In this document: positions 19,718 to 29,535 of the stretch, piece after piece | How the letters are laid out: each line of letters opens with the position of its first letter | Numbering within the stretch: position 1 is the first letter of the stretch | NCBI GenBank assembly: GCA_965197475.1 | Contig: CBDANF010000003.1 | Span: 1,728,001-1,792,000, forward strand | Length of the DNA: 64,000 nucleotides | Source of the DNA: Candidatus Poribacteria bacterium | GTDB taxonomy: Bacteria > Poribacteria > WGA-4E > WGA-3G | Reading direction: 5' to 3' | Position numbers and translations under genes: made by a program | Notes under the pieces: generated by a model | Seen by the model: only the letters and a program-made list of their open reading frames with translations | The model's database searches: none | Told to the model about the DNA's origin: nothing

Positions 19718-21685
19718 ATGCCTCGCCGCCCAAAAATCCGTTTCTCTGCTATCTTTGTAGGACTGCTTTTAGTTGGGGGAATTTGTGCAATCACCCCCTA
19801 CAATAACTATTTTATAGAGAATTCAAGAATTGCGGGTAACCACCTACCTGTAGGTTCAATCTTTGGGCTGCTTCTGCTTGTGTTCGTTGTCAATCTACCC
19901 TTACGTCTGTTGACGCGAAGCAGCCGCTTTTCCTTATCATCACTTGAATTAGCAGTTATCTGGATGATGTTGATTGTTGCTGTCGGTATCCCTTCAATGG
20001 GATTGCTGCAATTTCTGCTTCCTTGTCTTGCGGCACTCCGTTATTTCACCACCCCCGAAAACGATTGGGCAGAGACACTCCAACCGCACATCCCAGAATG
20101 GTTAGTCGTCACGGATACGCAAGCTGTCACAGATTTCTATGAAGGACTTTCACCGGGCGGGAGCGTCCCGTGGTCACCTTGGATCAAGCCGCTGCTTATC
20201 TGGGGACTTTTTGTCCTCGTCTTCTATTTTACAACGATTTGCCTCGCCACAATCCTCCGCAAACAGTGGATAGAACGCGAACGATTCTCATTTCCCTTAG
20301 TCCAGATTCCGGTTCAGCTGGCAGCGCAACCCGAAAGTGGAACGCTTCTCAACGCCTTTTTCAAAAATAAATTATTATGGGTAGGCATGGCTTTGCCGGT
20401 GTTAATACACTTTCTCAACGGACTGCACGCTCATTTTCCTACAGTGCCAGAGATCCCATTGATTTATAACATTCACCGCGCTTTTACCGAGAAACCGTGG
20501 CACACAATCGGTTGGTGGCCAGCGATGAACATCGCTATCTACTTTTCGGTTATCGGCGTGGCGGCATTGCTAACGCTTGAAGTGTCGTTTAGCCTCTGGT
20601 TTTTCTTCCTCTTTTTTAAACTGCAATACATCATCATGAATGCCACTGGGGTCGGCATCGGACCTTGGGTGAGTTGTAGCCGTCAAGTAATGGGAGGGTA
20701 TCTGATCTTTGTTCCTGCTGTTTTCTGGGGTGGACGGGAACATATCGCAACGATTTTTAGGAAAACGTTCGGCATGCACAAGAAACAAGCGAGCACATCA
20801 GGAGATAGAGGTTTGATAGACGATTCCGATGAACCGCTGCCGTATCGTTTAGCACTACTCGGATTTTTAGTCGGATTTATTACCCTTGTTGCGTTCCTTG
20901 TGATTGCGGGTATAACCACTTGGGTTGCACTTGTCACACTCTTCTCAATCTTTATCACCTCTGTAGTGTTATCATGGATGGTGGTAAACGGTGGGTTGTT
21001 ACTTGTGCAAGCTCCTTTCTTCCCGTCAGATTACATTAATTTTACACTCGGATCGGAGGCAATGGGGCAAAAAAGTCTCGCCGTTCTTAGTTTTCAACGT
21101 ACTTTTCTGCGAGATTGGGGAGAATTCATGATGCCGAACTTCCTGCACAGTTTTAAGGCAGCCGACGAAGTTCAACTTGTCCGCCGCCGAATCGTGCCGA
21201 TTCTTGGTATTTCAATCGTTGTTGCTATCCTTGTTTCTGTTTATGCCTCGTTGACGCTTGTCTATGACAAAGGCGCGCTATTTTTACAGAATTGGCCCTT
21301 TGTCAATGCCCCGCGTGGCTATTTCAACAAGATGAACAAACTCATCCAATTTCCTGTTGAAACAAAGTGGGATGAAGTATACAGTATGATTGCGGGGGCA
21401 GGTTTTACCGGCTTTATGCTATGGATGCGCCAAAGTTTTGTCTGGTGGTCACTGCATCCGCTCGGATACCTTTTAGGGGCTACCTATCCTTCGTTTCACT
21501 TATGGTCGTCCATTCTCATCGGATGGTTCATTAAATACATTACGCTTAAGTTTGGCGGTCCATTAATGTATCGGCGGATCCGTCCAGCCGCATTTGGCTT
21601 AATTTTTGGTGAATATGTCATGGTAGGTATCTGGATGGTGGTCGGATTTTTCAGTGGCATAGGTTATCATGCCCTACCCCGTTAA
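19718..21685 (+). CDS. DUF6785/DUF6784-type polytopic membrane protein
   Basis: 655 aa with many TM segments; RKQWIERERFSFPL and WWSLHPLGY motifs; paralog of 1-887. Confidence 0.75.
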   Translation: MPRRPKIRFSAIFVGLLLVGGICAITPYNNYFIENSRIAGNHLPVGSIFGLLLLVFVVNLPLRLLTRSSRFSLSSLELAVIWMMLIVAVGIPSMGLLQFLLPCLAALRYFTTPENDWAETLQPHIPEWLVVTDTQAVTDFYEGLSPGGSVPWSPWIKPLLIWGLFVLVFYFTTICLATILRKQWIERERFSFPLVQIPVQLAAQPESGTLLNAFFKNKLLWVGMALPVLIHFLNGLHAHFPTVPEIPLIYNIHRAFTEKPWHTIGWWPAMNIAIYFSVIGVAALLTLEVSFSLWFFFLFFKLQYIIMNATGVGIGPWVSCSRQVMGGYLIFVPAVFWGGREHIATIFRKTFGMHKKQASTSGDRGLIDDSDEPLPYRLALLGFLVGFITLVAFLVIAGITTWVALVTLFSIFITSVVLSWMVVNGGLLLVQAPFFPSDYINFTLGSEAMGQKSLAVLSFQRTFLRDWGEFMMPNFLHSFKAADEVQLVRRRIVPILGISIVVAILVSVYASLTLVYDKGALFLQNWPFVNAPRGYFNKMNKLIQFPVETKWDEVYSMIAGAGFTGFMLWMRQSFVWWSLHPLGYLLGATYPSFHLWSSILIGWFIKYITLKFGGPLMYRRIRPAAFGLIFGEYVMVGIWMVVGFFSGIGYHALPR

Positions 21686-21755
21686 TGTATTGTTACCAGA
21701 GAATCATCTTGCGGGAGGGTTCTAAGCCCGATTTGCATTATTTAGGAATAATATC

Positions 21756-22961
21756 ATGCAGACCAACGATAATATTTTAGCGTCACAATGGAAAACACGC
21801 GCTAAAACCCGCCACGCTGTAGCAGGTATCCGCACATGGCACGTCAATCTGAACCCGCGGGCAATGCCGTCACTCGGTTTTGCAAAGGGTGAAATGCCAG
21901 GGCAAACTACACCCAAAAATGCCCATGTTGATTGGCGCGGCCCCTTCGCAGCACAAGCAGGCGCGTTAATCGTAGAAGTTACCACCGATAAAGGATTAAA
22001 GGGATACGGACTCGGCGGCGGTGGACTTGCGGGTGCGATGATTATTGACAAACATCTTCAACACTTCGTCCACGGACGCGACCCACTTGATGTGGAAGAA
22101 ATTTGGGAACATCTCTATCACATTACCTCAATTTATGGACGACGAGGGCTTGTTATTTATGCGCTAAGCGGTATAGAGCTTGCTCTCGTTGACCTATGTG
22201 GTAAGATAGTTGACGCACCTGTCTATAGCCTTTTCACTGACACACCGCGCCTTCAGATTCTCGCGTATGCAACCGGTGCCGATGTCGGTTATTATGCAGA
22301 AAACGGATTCACCGCATGCAAGATTCCCCTCCGAAACGGACTTGCAGAAGGTGAAGATGGCTTCGCTGAAAATCTTGAGATGATACACATCGCACGCGAT
22401 ACTATCGGTATTGATGTGGAACTTATGACAGACATCTACCTACGTTGGGATGTGGACTATACCCTCCGTTTTGCACAGGCAGCAAAAGACGTTAACCTCA
22501 AATGGATTGAAGAACCGATACCACTTGACGATTATGCTGGCATGGCACAGTTAGTGCAAGAGATAGATCCAACGTGGATTGTCTCAGGTGAACACGAATT
22601 TACCCGATACGGATTTCGTGAGTTATTACGATGGAAGGCTGCAGACATGATTCAGCCGGATGTTAGTTGGGCGGGTGGTTTTACAGAATGTCTTCGTATC
22701 GCTCAGGAAGCTGCGGTACTCGGTATCCCGACATGGCTCCATCAAGCAGGCACACCGTGGGGGTTGCATCTTACTGCATGTTTGCCAATGCCGTGCATGG
22801 CGGAGACGTTCGGTCCCTCCCGCAATGGTGTCGAAAATGAACTTTACCGCCGTTTACGTCCTTCCCCTCACGACGGTTTTTTCATGCTCAATGATGCGCC
22901 AGGTTTTGGTGTGGATATTGATGAGGCGTTGCTGGAGGCGTATACAGTTGATCGTATATAG
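21756..22961 (+). CDS. Mandelate racemase/enolase superfamily (L-rhamnonate dehydratase-like)
   Basis: ALSGIELAL.DL.GK, WIEEP, GEHEFTRYGF, IQPDV.W.GG.TE, PGFGVDID motifs. Confidence 0.85.
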   Translation: MQTNDNILASQWKTRAKTRHAVAGIRTWHVNLNPRAMPSLGFAKGEMPGQTTPKNAHVDWRGPFAAQAGALIVEVTTDKGLKGYGLGGGGLAGAMIIDKHLQHFVHGRDPLDVEEIWEHLYHITSIYGRRGLVIYALSGIELALVDLCGKIVDAPVYSLFTDTPRLQILAYATGADVGYYAENGFTACKIPLRNGLAEGEDGFAENLEMIHIARDTIGIDVELMTDIYLRWDVDYTLRFAQAAKDVNLKWIEEPIPLDDYAGMAQLVQEIDPTWIVSGEHEFTRYGFRELLRWKAADMIQPDVSWAGGFTECLRIAQEAAVLGIPTWLHQAGTPWGLHLTACLPMPCMAETFGPSRNGVENELYRRLRPSPHDGFFMLNDAPGFGVDIDEALLEAYTVDRI

Positions 22962-22984
22962 GTTAAAGAGTGGACATTGCCAGA

Positions 22985-23563
22985 TTAGTTGATCGCGGCA
23001 GATTTAAGGTGCTTCCATCCCTCAATAAGTAAGGAAATACCGCGAATTAGACATGCTACGACAGTGGCTGTGGCGAGTATTAACCCGCCTTGCTTGATGG
23101 TAAGGTTTTCGGGAGCATAAAGGTGCATCCATGCAAGGTAAAGAAAAGTAAGCATTTTCATAGTCCCGTAGACAGCACGACTGATACGAGACCGCATGAG
23201 CGCGTGCGCGAGTCTACTTTTCGGTGGAGTTATGTAGTGTTGCAAGTTGTCTGTTAATATCCCACGTGTCATGACAACGAGGGGAATCCATAAGGGAAGA
23301 TATCCTGCCACAGTGAAGTAAACCCAGAAGACGATCTCGATAATTCTGTCTGCTCCTGTGTCAAGGATTGCGCCGAACTCGGATGTTTCGTTTCGTATGC
23401 GTGCCACAAAACCGTCAACCGCATCCAGCGTGAATATAAGCGCAATTGTTGCAATGCAGGCGATGTCTAAGTAGGGATGTTCTCCAAACATTGCAATGAC
23501 AAAAAAGGTTAAGAAAATGCGACAGAGGGTTATAGTGTTTGCTATCATGCCGGGTTTCGTCAC
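22985..23563 (-). CDS. CDP-alcohol phosphatidyltransferase family protein
   Basis: ANTITLCR and DAVDGFVAR...TSEFGAILDTGADR signature; overlaps the stop of the upstream STT3-like gene by 4 nt. Confidence 0.9.
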   Translation of the reverse strand: MTKPGMIANTITLCRIFLTFFVIAMFGEHPYLDIACIATIALIFTLDAVDGFVARIRNETSEFGAILDTGADRIIEIVFWVYFTVAGYLPLWIPLVVMTRGILTDNLQHYITPPKSRLAHALMRSRISRAVYGTMKMLTFLYLAWMHLYAPENLTIKQGGLILATATVVACLIRGISLLIEGWKHLKSAAIN

Positions 23564-25227
23564 TTTTTCGGCACTGCTGTTTCAAGATATTTCTCGTCTG
23601 TTTCTATATCGGGTGGGTATTGAATTTCCCAGAGTTTGATATGTGATGCGGCGAAGTCCGTTTTAGGAAACACGGGTTTAAAGCCTCTGTATCCAAAGGG
23701 GTTTTTATTTAGAAGGGAGTCATGTGGGTCGTCAGGTGTGACAAGGATGTGTGTCGCCTCGTGTGTTTTGAGGTATTCAAGTGCTTCGCGTTCGGTTTTG
23801 GCGTGGTGAACATGTTGATTGTAGAGGTATATCCAGTTCGGTAGATAATGGTCTTGATCGATGAGGGTTTTAACGTCAGCAAGCACGTTGAGTTGGCTAC
23901 CGAACCGCCAATGTGCGGCGACAACACCGTCTTTTAGATTGGTTTTGATCCATGCAAATGTATCGTTGAGTATGCCATGTCCGGGAATAGCGGTGCGCAT
24001 CTGTGTCGCAGCATAAAGTGAGAATCGGGCGTGTCCGCCTATTGGTGCCCAAAAGAGGATGAGGGCGAGTGCGATGGCTGCTGCAATTTTATTGGTTTGT
24101 GTGTTGTTAAGGAAATTTTCGACTGTCTCTGCAAGCATCTTGATGCCGAGTGCAGTAAAGATAAAGACACTACCGTATCTGCCCGTCCAAAAACTAAAAT
24201 AGGTGTTCTTGAGTTCAGAAACGGTGTGCATGAGTGGGGTGTTCATTAAGATTGTTGTTGTCTCAAAGTTTTTGAGTTGTGTGAAAAGGTAACCGAGTCC
24301 GATAGCGAGCATTAAGACTGTCAATCCGAGTGAAAGTTTTCGACTGTGGCTTTTTAACGTCTCTGCTGTCTGAGGGATTGTAATAAGCAACTGCCGTAAT
24401 GCACGGATTACCAAAATCGCTATCGGTGGCACAAGCACAAAGGTAGTCAAGTGTTCAGCAAAGCCCACGCCACTGCGATATGCAGGCGCGATGATGTAAA
24501 GCATAGGCACAAATGAACACACCCAAAGCAGGTAATACCATAAATCTGTTTCGCTTTCTGAAGTAAGAAACCGCCATATCTCTATTGTGTAAATGATGAG
24601 AAGGAATGCACCAAAGCCTTCCCAGGATAGTCCGCCGAGAAGCGTAAAGAAGCCACTAATAAGTGTTAAAACGGTCCGCTTACGTGAGTTTTGCGTTTGC
24701 AACGCGATCAAATAAAAAATGATGGCACTGATAGCGAGTAAAAGACACCAGCAGTCTCTATCACCGAAACCGACGGTGCTGCGCCCAATGGTGCCGGGCA
24801 GCGTTGCAATCAGGATGCCCGTGGTATTCGCCACGAACGCACCGAATGTGCTATAAAGGAAAAAACAGAGAACGCCTAACCCCAGCACAAAACAGACAGT
24901 CGGCATGTAGATACAAACATGATAGAGGGATACGTCTTTGAAAAAAAGATGTGCCACTTTATAGGTATAAGCAAGCATATAAGAATAGAGTGGTAACAAC
25001 AACCCGTTATCTCTACCAATCGGCATCCATCGGTGCATATCGCGGGGAGGTAGTTTTCCCTGTTGGACGATAGTGTTTGCCTGCCAATAGTAGAAGTATC
25101 CATCATTTTCAAGGAACTGTCCATCAGGGAGGGTTTCCGCGCTTTGAATGCGTATCCAAAAGGCGAGAAAGAGAATGCTGCTGAACAGGAGGAGCGAGAC
25201 GAGGTGTTTGAAAAGTGGGGTTTTCAT
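23560..25227 (-). CDS. STT3/AglB/PglB-like oligosaccharyltransferase homolog (GT-C fold)
   Basis: FLENDGYFYY, GFGDRD (DxD), TVSE (TIXE-like), AHWRFG (WWDYG position) and DQDH occur in the canonical order, with multiple TM segments. Confidence 0.75.
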   Translation of the reverse strand: MKTPLFKHLVSLLLFSSILFLAFWIRIQSAETLPDGQFLENDGYFYYWQANTIVQQGKLPPRDMHRWMPIGRDNGLLLPLYSYMLAYTYKVAHLFFKDVSLYHVCIYMPTVCFVLGLGVLCFFLYSTFGAFVANTTGILIATLPGTIGRSTVGFGDRDCWCLLLAISAIIFYLIALQTQNSRKRTVLTLISGFFTLLGGLSWEGFGAFLLIIYTIEIWRFLTSESETDLWYYLLWVCSFVPMLYIIAPAYRSGVGFAEHLTTFVLVPPIAILVIRALRQLLITIPQTAETLKSHSRKLSLGLTVLMLAIGLGYLFTQLKNFETTTILMNTPLMHTVSELKNTYFSFWTGRYGSVFIFTALGIKMLAETVENFLNNTQTNKIAAAIALALILFWAPIGGHARFSLYAATQMRTAIPGHGILNDTFAWIKTNLKDGVVAAHWRFGSQLNVLADVKTLIDQDHYLPNWIYLYNQHVHHAKTEREALEYLKTHEATHILVTPDDPHDSLLNKNPFGYRGFKPVFPKTDFAASHIKLWEIQYPPDIETDEKYLETAVPKK

Positions 25228-25299
25228 AAAAAACTATAAAGAAGGGAACCGGTTGTGACACCAGTTCCCCACTTATGCGTTAATACGCAAGTGTAAGGT

Positions 25300-26730
25300 T
25301 TAACGATATAGATCCGAATGATAGTCGCGAAGAGTTGTCAAACGTTCTCCCGAACAGATACCACGTTGCATGAGATAATTCTGACATTTCGTGAAAAGTT
25401 CACCACAAGGTTCCGTTATCGCCGTGCCATCAGCACGCCTGCCTATGATTATACTACGGATGCACGTATAGGTCGCACACGCAGTGTCTAAAATGCAGAT
25501 CGGATTGATACATGCTGTGGCGGTCGTGGTACAACCACCATTGGGTGGGGGTGTGTTGCATCCACCATTGGGTGGGGGCGTGTTACAGCCGCCGTTTGAA
25601 GGGGGCGTGTTACAGCCGCCGTTTGAAGGGGGCGTGCCGCCGCCGTTCTGACCACCTAACGCAAGATAGTTGCTGGTGCCTTGCCCCATACCAACGCCAC
25701 CACCATCGCCAGATTGTGAGCCGCTGCCATTGGGGTAGTTGTGCAGGTGAATACACTTAAAATAGCCATTAGGATCCGCATCGCAATCGATGGTGGAGCC
25801 GTTGATGGTAAGTGAAGCAGGGCAGGGCCCCGATACCCATTCTTCATGCCCATTCGGTGTGCAAGGTTTAAAATATATCCCACAAGCAATACAAGGGAAA
25901 GCAGGTCTATGTCTCAATTCTTCCGGTTGACAACTCCAATACGGATCACCGCACCCCTTGTAAGTGCCATCGTCCTCTGGACAGGTTTTACAATGATTGT
26001 TTGCTGTTGGCACAATCTCCGTGCAGCTTTCATGTGCACACGTTATAACTGGGGTATCGCTATAGGTGACAGTCCACGACGCATCTATCTGTTTTGTGAT
26101 GGGCGTTCGGGACCCTTCCCGCCAGTCTCCTCCAAATCGGATAGCAACCGGTGTTTTGCTCAGACTCAGTTGAAAGGTTGCATCCTGCTCCGTGAGGATT
26201 GCCGGCTTCGGGACGATGGTAGATGTCACATTCTTTTCGTGCGTGCCGGGATAAAACCTGCTTGTTTCGACAGGCGCATTTATATCGCCAGAACTGTAAC
26301 CGGCTTTGACACGGTAGCACGGGAAGACAACCTTTTGAAACCACTCTACTTCTTTGTTTTCTTCCGTCTGATACCACGGGACATAACCGAAGGTATACCA
26401 TCTTTTGCCCCAGTCACCAACCTTTCGAACGGTAGACGCGCCTTCGCTAAACGTAAATTCAATGTTTCCAAATCCTGTAGCGAAGATACTGGCGTAGTAG
26501 GAGGCATGCGTTGGTGGTTTTTGGGGTTCCCATGAACCTCCCACCAACTCGCCAGATTGATCTACCTTTCGTGTCAAATGATAAGAACTGCCACTTGCAG
26601 GACTTACAGAGTAGTCCGTTCCTGTTGTTATTAAGAACTCAACATCAGCACTCTCTGACACAGGGACTAAGATCAATGGTAGTGCCATTATGAACATAAA
26701 CGTAATTGTAACATAAAAATTAAGTCTCAT
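25300..26730 (-). CDS. Cassette 6 protein B (type I head): secreted Cys/His-rich protein
   Basis: RBS GGAGGA before MRLNF; signal peptide; 4x TPPxNGGC repeats; conserved Cys-rich tail. Confidence 0.85.
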   Translation of the reverse strand: MRLNFYVTITFMFIMALPLILVPVSESADVEFLITTGTDYSVSPASGSSYHLTRKVDQSGELVGGSWEPQKPPTHASYYASIFATGFGNIEFTFSEGASTVRKVGDWGKRWYTFGYVPWYQTEENKEVEWFQKVVFPCYRVKAGYSSGDINAPVETSRFYPGTHEKNVTSTIVPKPAILTEQDATFQLSLSKTPVAIRFGGDWREGSRTPITKQIDASWTVTYSDTPVITCAHESCTEIVPTANNHCKTCPEDDGTYKGCGDPYWSCQPEELRHRPAFPCIACGIYFKPCTPNGHEEWVSGPCPASLTINGSTIDCDADPNGYFKCIHLHNYPNGSGSQSGDGGGVGMGQGTSNYLALGGQNGGGTPPSNGGCNTPPSNGGCNTPPPNGGCNTPPPNGGCTTTATACINPICILDTACATYTCIRSIIIGRRADGTAITEPCGELFTKCQNYLMQRGICSGERLTTLRDYHSDLYR

Positions 26731-26731
26731 T

Positions 26732-27664
26732 CTAATATCCTCCATCAATTATAGGTATTGGGACAGGTCGATCATTCGACTGTTGTAGCGTATGTTCTAA
26801 ACCGAATTTGCGGTAGACTTCTCTTATTGCCTCTTCTCTTTTTCTATCCTTTGCCTCTCTGGAGCTCGGGTCTCCACTATAGAGTCCACCATCTATAAGC
26901 GGCACGGGCCCTTGGGCCGCTGCGATCAGCGTTTCGATTTGTGCTGAGATGCGATTCCATTCAGCAGTATCCCCTCGGCGTTGTGCTTTTGCAAGTTCTG
27001 CTTGGAACGCCTCATGCTGTTCCCACTGTTCGAGGGTGGGGGCGAACCCTACTCCATCTTTATAGAAGATAGTGACGGTATTATCATAGTGTCTTAGTGT
27101 TTCCCCGTTGTGGTTCCGCATGTGCTGCCAGTTTGCACCGATAGGGGGCGGGTCTTCTCCCCATTCTTTACGATACGCCTCTAACCTTTTCCGTTCCTCT
27201 CTATAAGTCTCATAGAAAAGTTGTTTAGTGGCATCATCCATTTTTGAGAACCTCTCAACACATTCTTCTGGCGACATTTCCAAGAAATCCAAAAACTCCT
27301 TTTCAGGATAACTCAGTTTTGAAAATACCTCTTTGAGTTGCTCTGGTGACATTTTCAACCAACTCACAGTTTCTGTCGGCTGTGTTGATTTATCCTTCGG
27401 CACTGTCCGATGCCAATGATCACCATGCCAATATCCTGTTTCCCGAGATTCGCCCGGAGGCGGTGGTCTGACACCAGGCTCAGGCGTGTTTACTTCCTGT
27501 GGTGAACCCTTTGGCTTAGGTCCGTCTTCCAAAAGTTTTTTGGTTGCATCACCTAATACCATTTCCGACTCAGTGTCAGTATCCCGCGGTATCAGTAAGA
27601 ACACACCCGCAATTCCAATCAGTAGCATGAGGATTGCAAGTCCCCATATCATCTGCTTTTTCAT
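26732..27664 (-). CDS. Cassette 6 protein A (type I): N-terminally anchored protein
   Basis: MKKQMIW TM anchor, PPPPG, WHGDHWH, GFAPT and YRKFGLEH motifs. Confidence 0.85.
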   Translation of the reverse strand: MKKQMIWGLAILMLLIGIAGVFLLIPRDTDTESEMVLGDATKKLLEDGPKPKGSPQEVNTPEPGVRPPPPGESRETGYWHGDHWHRTVPKDKSTQPTETVSWLKMSPEQLKEVFSKLSYPEKEFLDFLEMSPEECVERFSKMDDATKQLFYETYREERKRLEAYRKEWGEDPPPIGANWQHMRNHNGETLRHYDNTVTIFYKDGVGFAPTLEQWEQHEAFQAELAKAQRRGDTAEWNRISAQIETLIAAAQGPVPLIDGGLYSGDPSSREAKDRKREEAIREVYRKFGLEHTLQQSNDRPVPIPIIDGGY

Positions 27665-27692
27665 AAGGATTCTCCTTATCTTTCATTTGCCT

Positions 27693-27857
27693 TTATTTCG
27701 CTGCGTCCAGCGTGCAAGGCGGTTTGTTTTGTTCCATACAAGCGGGGATTTCTGCCTGCGTAGCATCAATCATTTTGATTGTGCCAAAGAGCAGTCCGCC
27801 ACCCATAATAACAATAAGTGCCACGGTCAGTCCTATTTTTAAAAATTTCGTTTTCAC
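27693..27857 (-). CDS. Cassette 6 small two-Cys peptide (54 aa)
   Basis: GTG start after AGGAGGT; MKTKFLKIGLTVALIVIMGGGLLFGTIKMIDATQAEIPACMEQNKPPCTLDAAK. Below the ORF-track cutoff. Confidence 0.75.
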   Translation of the reverse strand: MKTKFLKIGLTVALIVIMGGGLLFGTIKMIDATQAEIPACMEQNKPPCTLDAAK

Positions 27858-27963
27858 AAATTATACACCTCCTTTCAAAATTAGTCAAAAAGACCGACCA
27901 AACGATGACAACTGTAAATCAAAACATCAGTATGAAATACCTTTCATAATTAAAGACACAGTT

Positions 27964-28146
27964 TTAGACCGAAAAGGGTGCATACGATATAAAAAAATGA
28001 ATTTTGTCTAAAGATTTGGTAAAACTACCGCTTGCGCTCCTCACTTCGCGAAAGTTTTTCACACTATCCTGTATCCGAAAGCACAGAAAGAGAATGCTGA
28101 TGAGCAATAGGAGCGGGAGGATTTGTTTGAAAAGTGGGGTTTTCAT
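27964..28146 (-). pseudogene. 5' fragment of STT3-like gene fused to linker
   Basis: MKTPLFKQILPLLLLISILFLCFRIQ resembles the first ~27 aa of 23560-25227, then reads into linker sequence. Confidence 0.75.
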
Positions 28147-28157
28147 AATAAACTATA

Positions 28158-28193
28158 AAGTGGGGAACCGGTTGCGACACCGGTTCCCCACTT
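28158..28193. terminator. Conserved cassette hairpin (terminator-like or processing site)
   Basis: 15-bp perfect stem AAGTGGGGAACCGGT/ACCGGTTCCCCACTT; copies at ~25239, 30835, 35157 and 37876. Confidence 0.6.
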
Positions 28194-28218
28194 ATGCGTT
28201 AATACGCAAGTGTAAGGT

Positions 28219-29517
28219 TTAACGATATAGATCCGAATGATAGTCGCGAAGAGTTGTCAAACGTTCTCCCGAACAGATACCACGTTGCATGAGAAGATTC
28301 TGACATTGCGTGAAAAGTTCACCACAAGGTTCCGTTATCGCCGTGCCATCAGCACGCCTGCCTATGATTATACTACGGATGCACGTATAGGTCGCACACG
28401 CAGTGTTTCTAATGCAGATCGGGTTGATGCACGCTGTGGCGATTGTGGTACAGCCACCATTTGCCGGGGGCGTGTTACAGCCGCCGTTTGAAGGGGGCGT
28501 GCCGCCGCCGTTCTGACCACCTAACGCAAGATAGTTGCTGGTGCCTTGCCCCATGCCAACGCCGCCGCCATTGCCTTGTTGTCCACCACCATTACCTTGT
28601 TGACCGCCGCCATTGCCGCTACCACTACCGCTACTTGGGAACTGGTGGATATGCGACGGATCACACCTATAAAAACCTTTTACAGTACAATAAACATTTC
28701 CTCCATCCTGGGTGATGTTAACGGGGCAATTAACTTGCCATGCATGTGCATATGCTTCACTTGGATCAATAATGTGAATGCCGCACTCACCCCGGATTTT
28801 ATCGTTAATCGTGACGGAGTAACTTCCATTGTAAGGATCCGCATTAACGTCACGAGTGATGCCTGCCTCCCATTTCCAATATGTTGACTCCCCAATAACA
28901 AAACTGAGTGATGCGCTTGGCGTTGTACTTGCTTGTGCAGTAAGTGCCTTTTGTTTGCTTTTGTATGTCACAATACTACGTGAACGAGACTGGACAACAC
29001 CAGTAGCTGATACATTGACGGTAGTAGGACTGATTTCCTCGGCAGTCCCAATTTCGTCGGTATTATAAAGCCCGTTCATTTCTTTTATTCTAAAAGAGTA
29101 AACCTCCCTCTCTGCTTTTTTCAGGGGCTCAGAGGCCCAATTGCCAATGGGATAATCCCGTGTCTTTTTCTTAAGGGTAAAAGCAATTTCGCCGTATCCG
29201 GTGGCATTAACCATAATCGTTATGTAGTGAAAGTCTCCAGGTTTGGTAGGTTCCCAATCTTCCTCAAGAATAAGGCTACCAAAATAACTCCCTTGAGCTG
29301 CAAGGGAATAAATCACTCGTTCCCCATGGTAATTTGTTTTATTTCCTGGAGTTGATATAATTACCGGATTAGAGACGTATAATCCGTTAGAATCCATATC
29401 CGAGCGGTCTTCTGCCCAGAGTTCATTACGAATCCAGAAAAAAGAAGCATTTATGTCAATATGAAAAGCAAAAAATGTGAAAAAGATGACGCATATCCAT
29501 AGTCGCTGATTTTTCAT
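28219..29517 (-). CDS. Cassette 5 protein B (type II head)
   Basis: Signal peptide; EDRSDMDSNGLY head shared with cassette 2; 2x TPPxNGGC; conserved tail. Confidence 0.85.
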   Translation of the reverse strand: MKNQRLWICVIFFTFFAFHIDINASFFWIRNELWAEDRSDMDSNGLYVSNPVIISTPGNKTNYHGERVIYSLAAQGSYFGSLILEEDWEPTKPGDFHYITIMVNATGYGEIAFTLKKKTRDYPIGNWASEPLKKAEREVYSFRIKEMNGLYNTDEIGTAEEISPTTVNVSATGVVQSRSRSIVTYKSKQKALTAQASTTPSASLSFVIGESTYWKWEAGITRDVNADPYNGSYSVTINDKIRGECGIHIIDPSEAYAHAWQVNCPVNITQDGGNVYCTVKGFYRCDPSHIHQFPSSGSGSGNGGGQQGNGGGQQGNGGGVGMGQGTSNYLALGGQNGGGTPPSNGGCNTPPANGGCTTIATACINPICIRNTACATYTCIRSIIIGRRADGTAITEPCGELFTQCQNLLMQRGICSGERLTTLRDYHSDLYR

Positions 29518-29535
29518 AAGTAGTCTCCTTTTATT

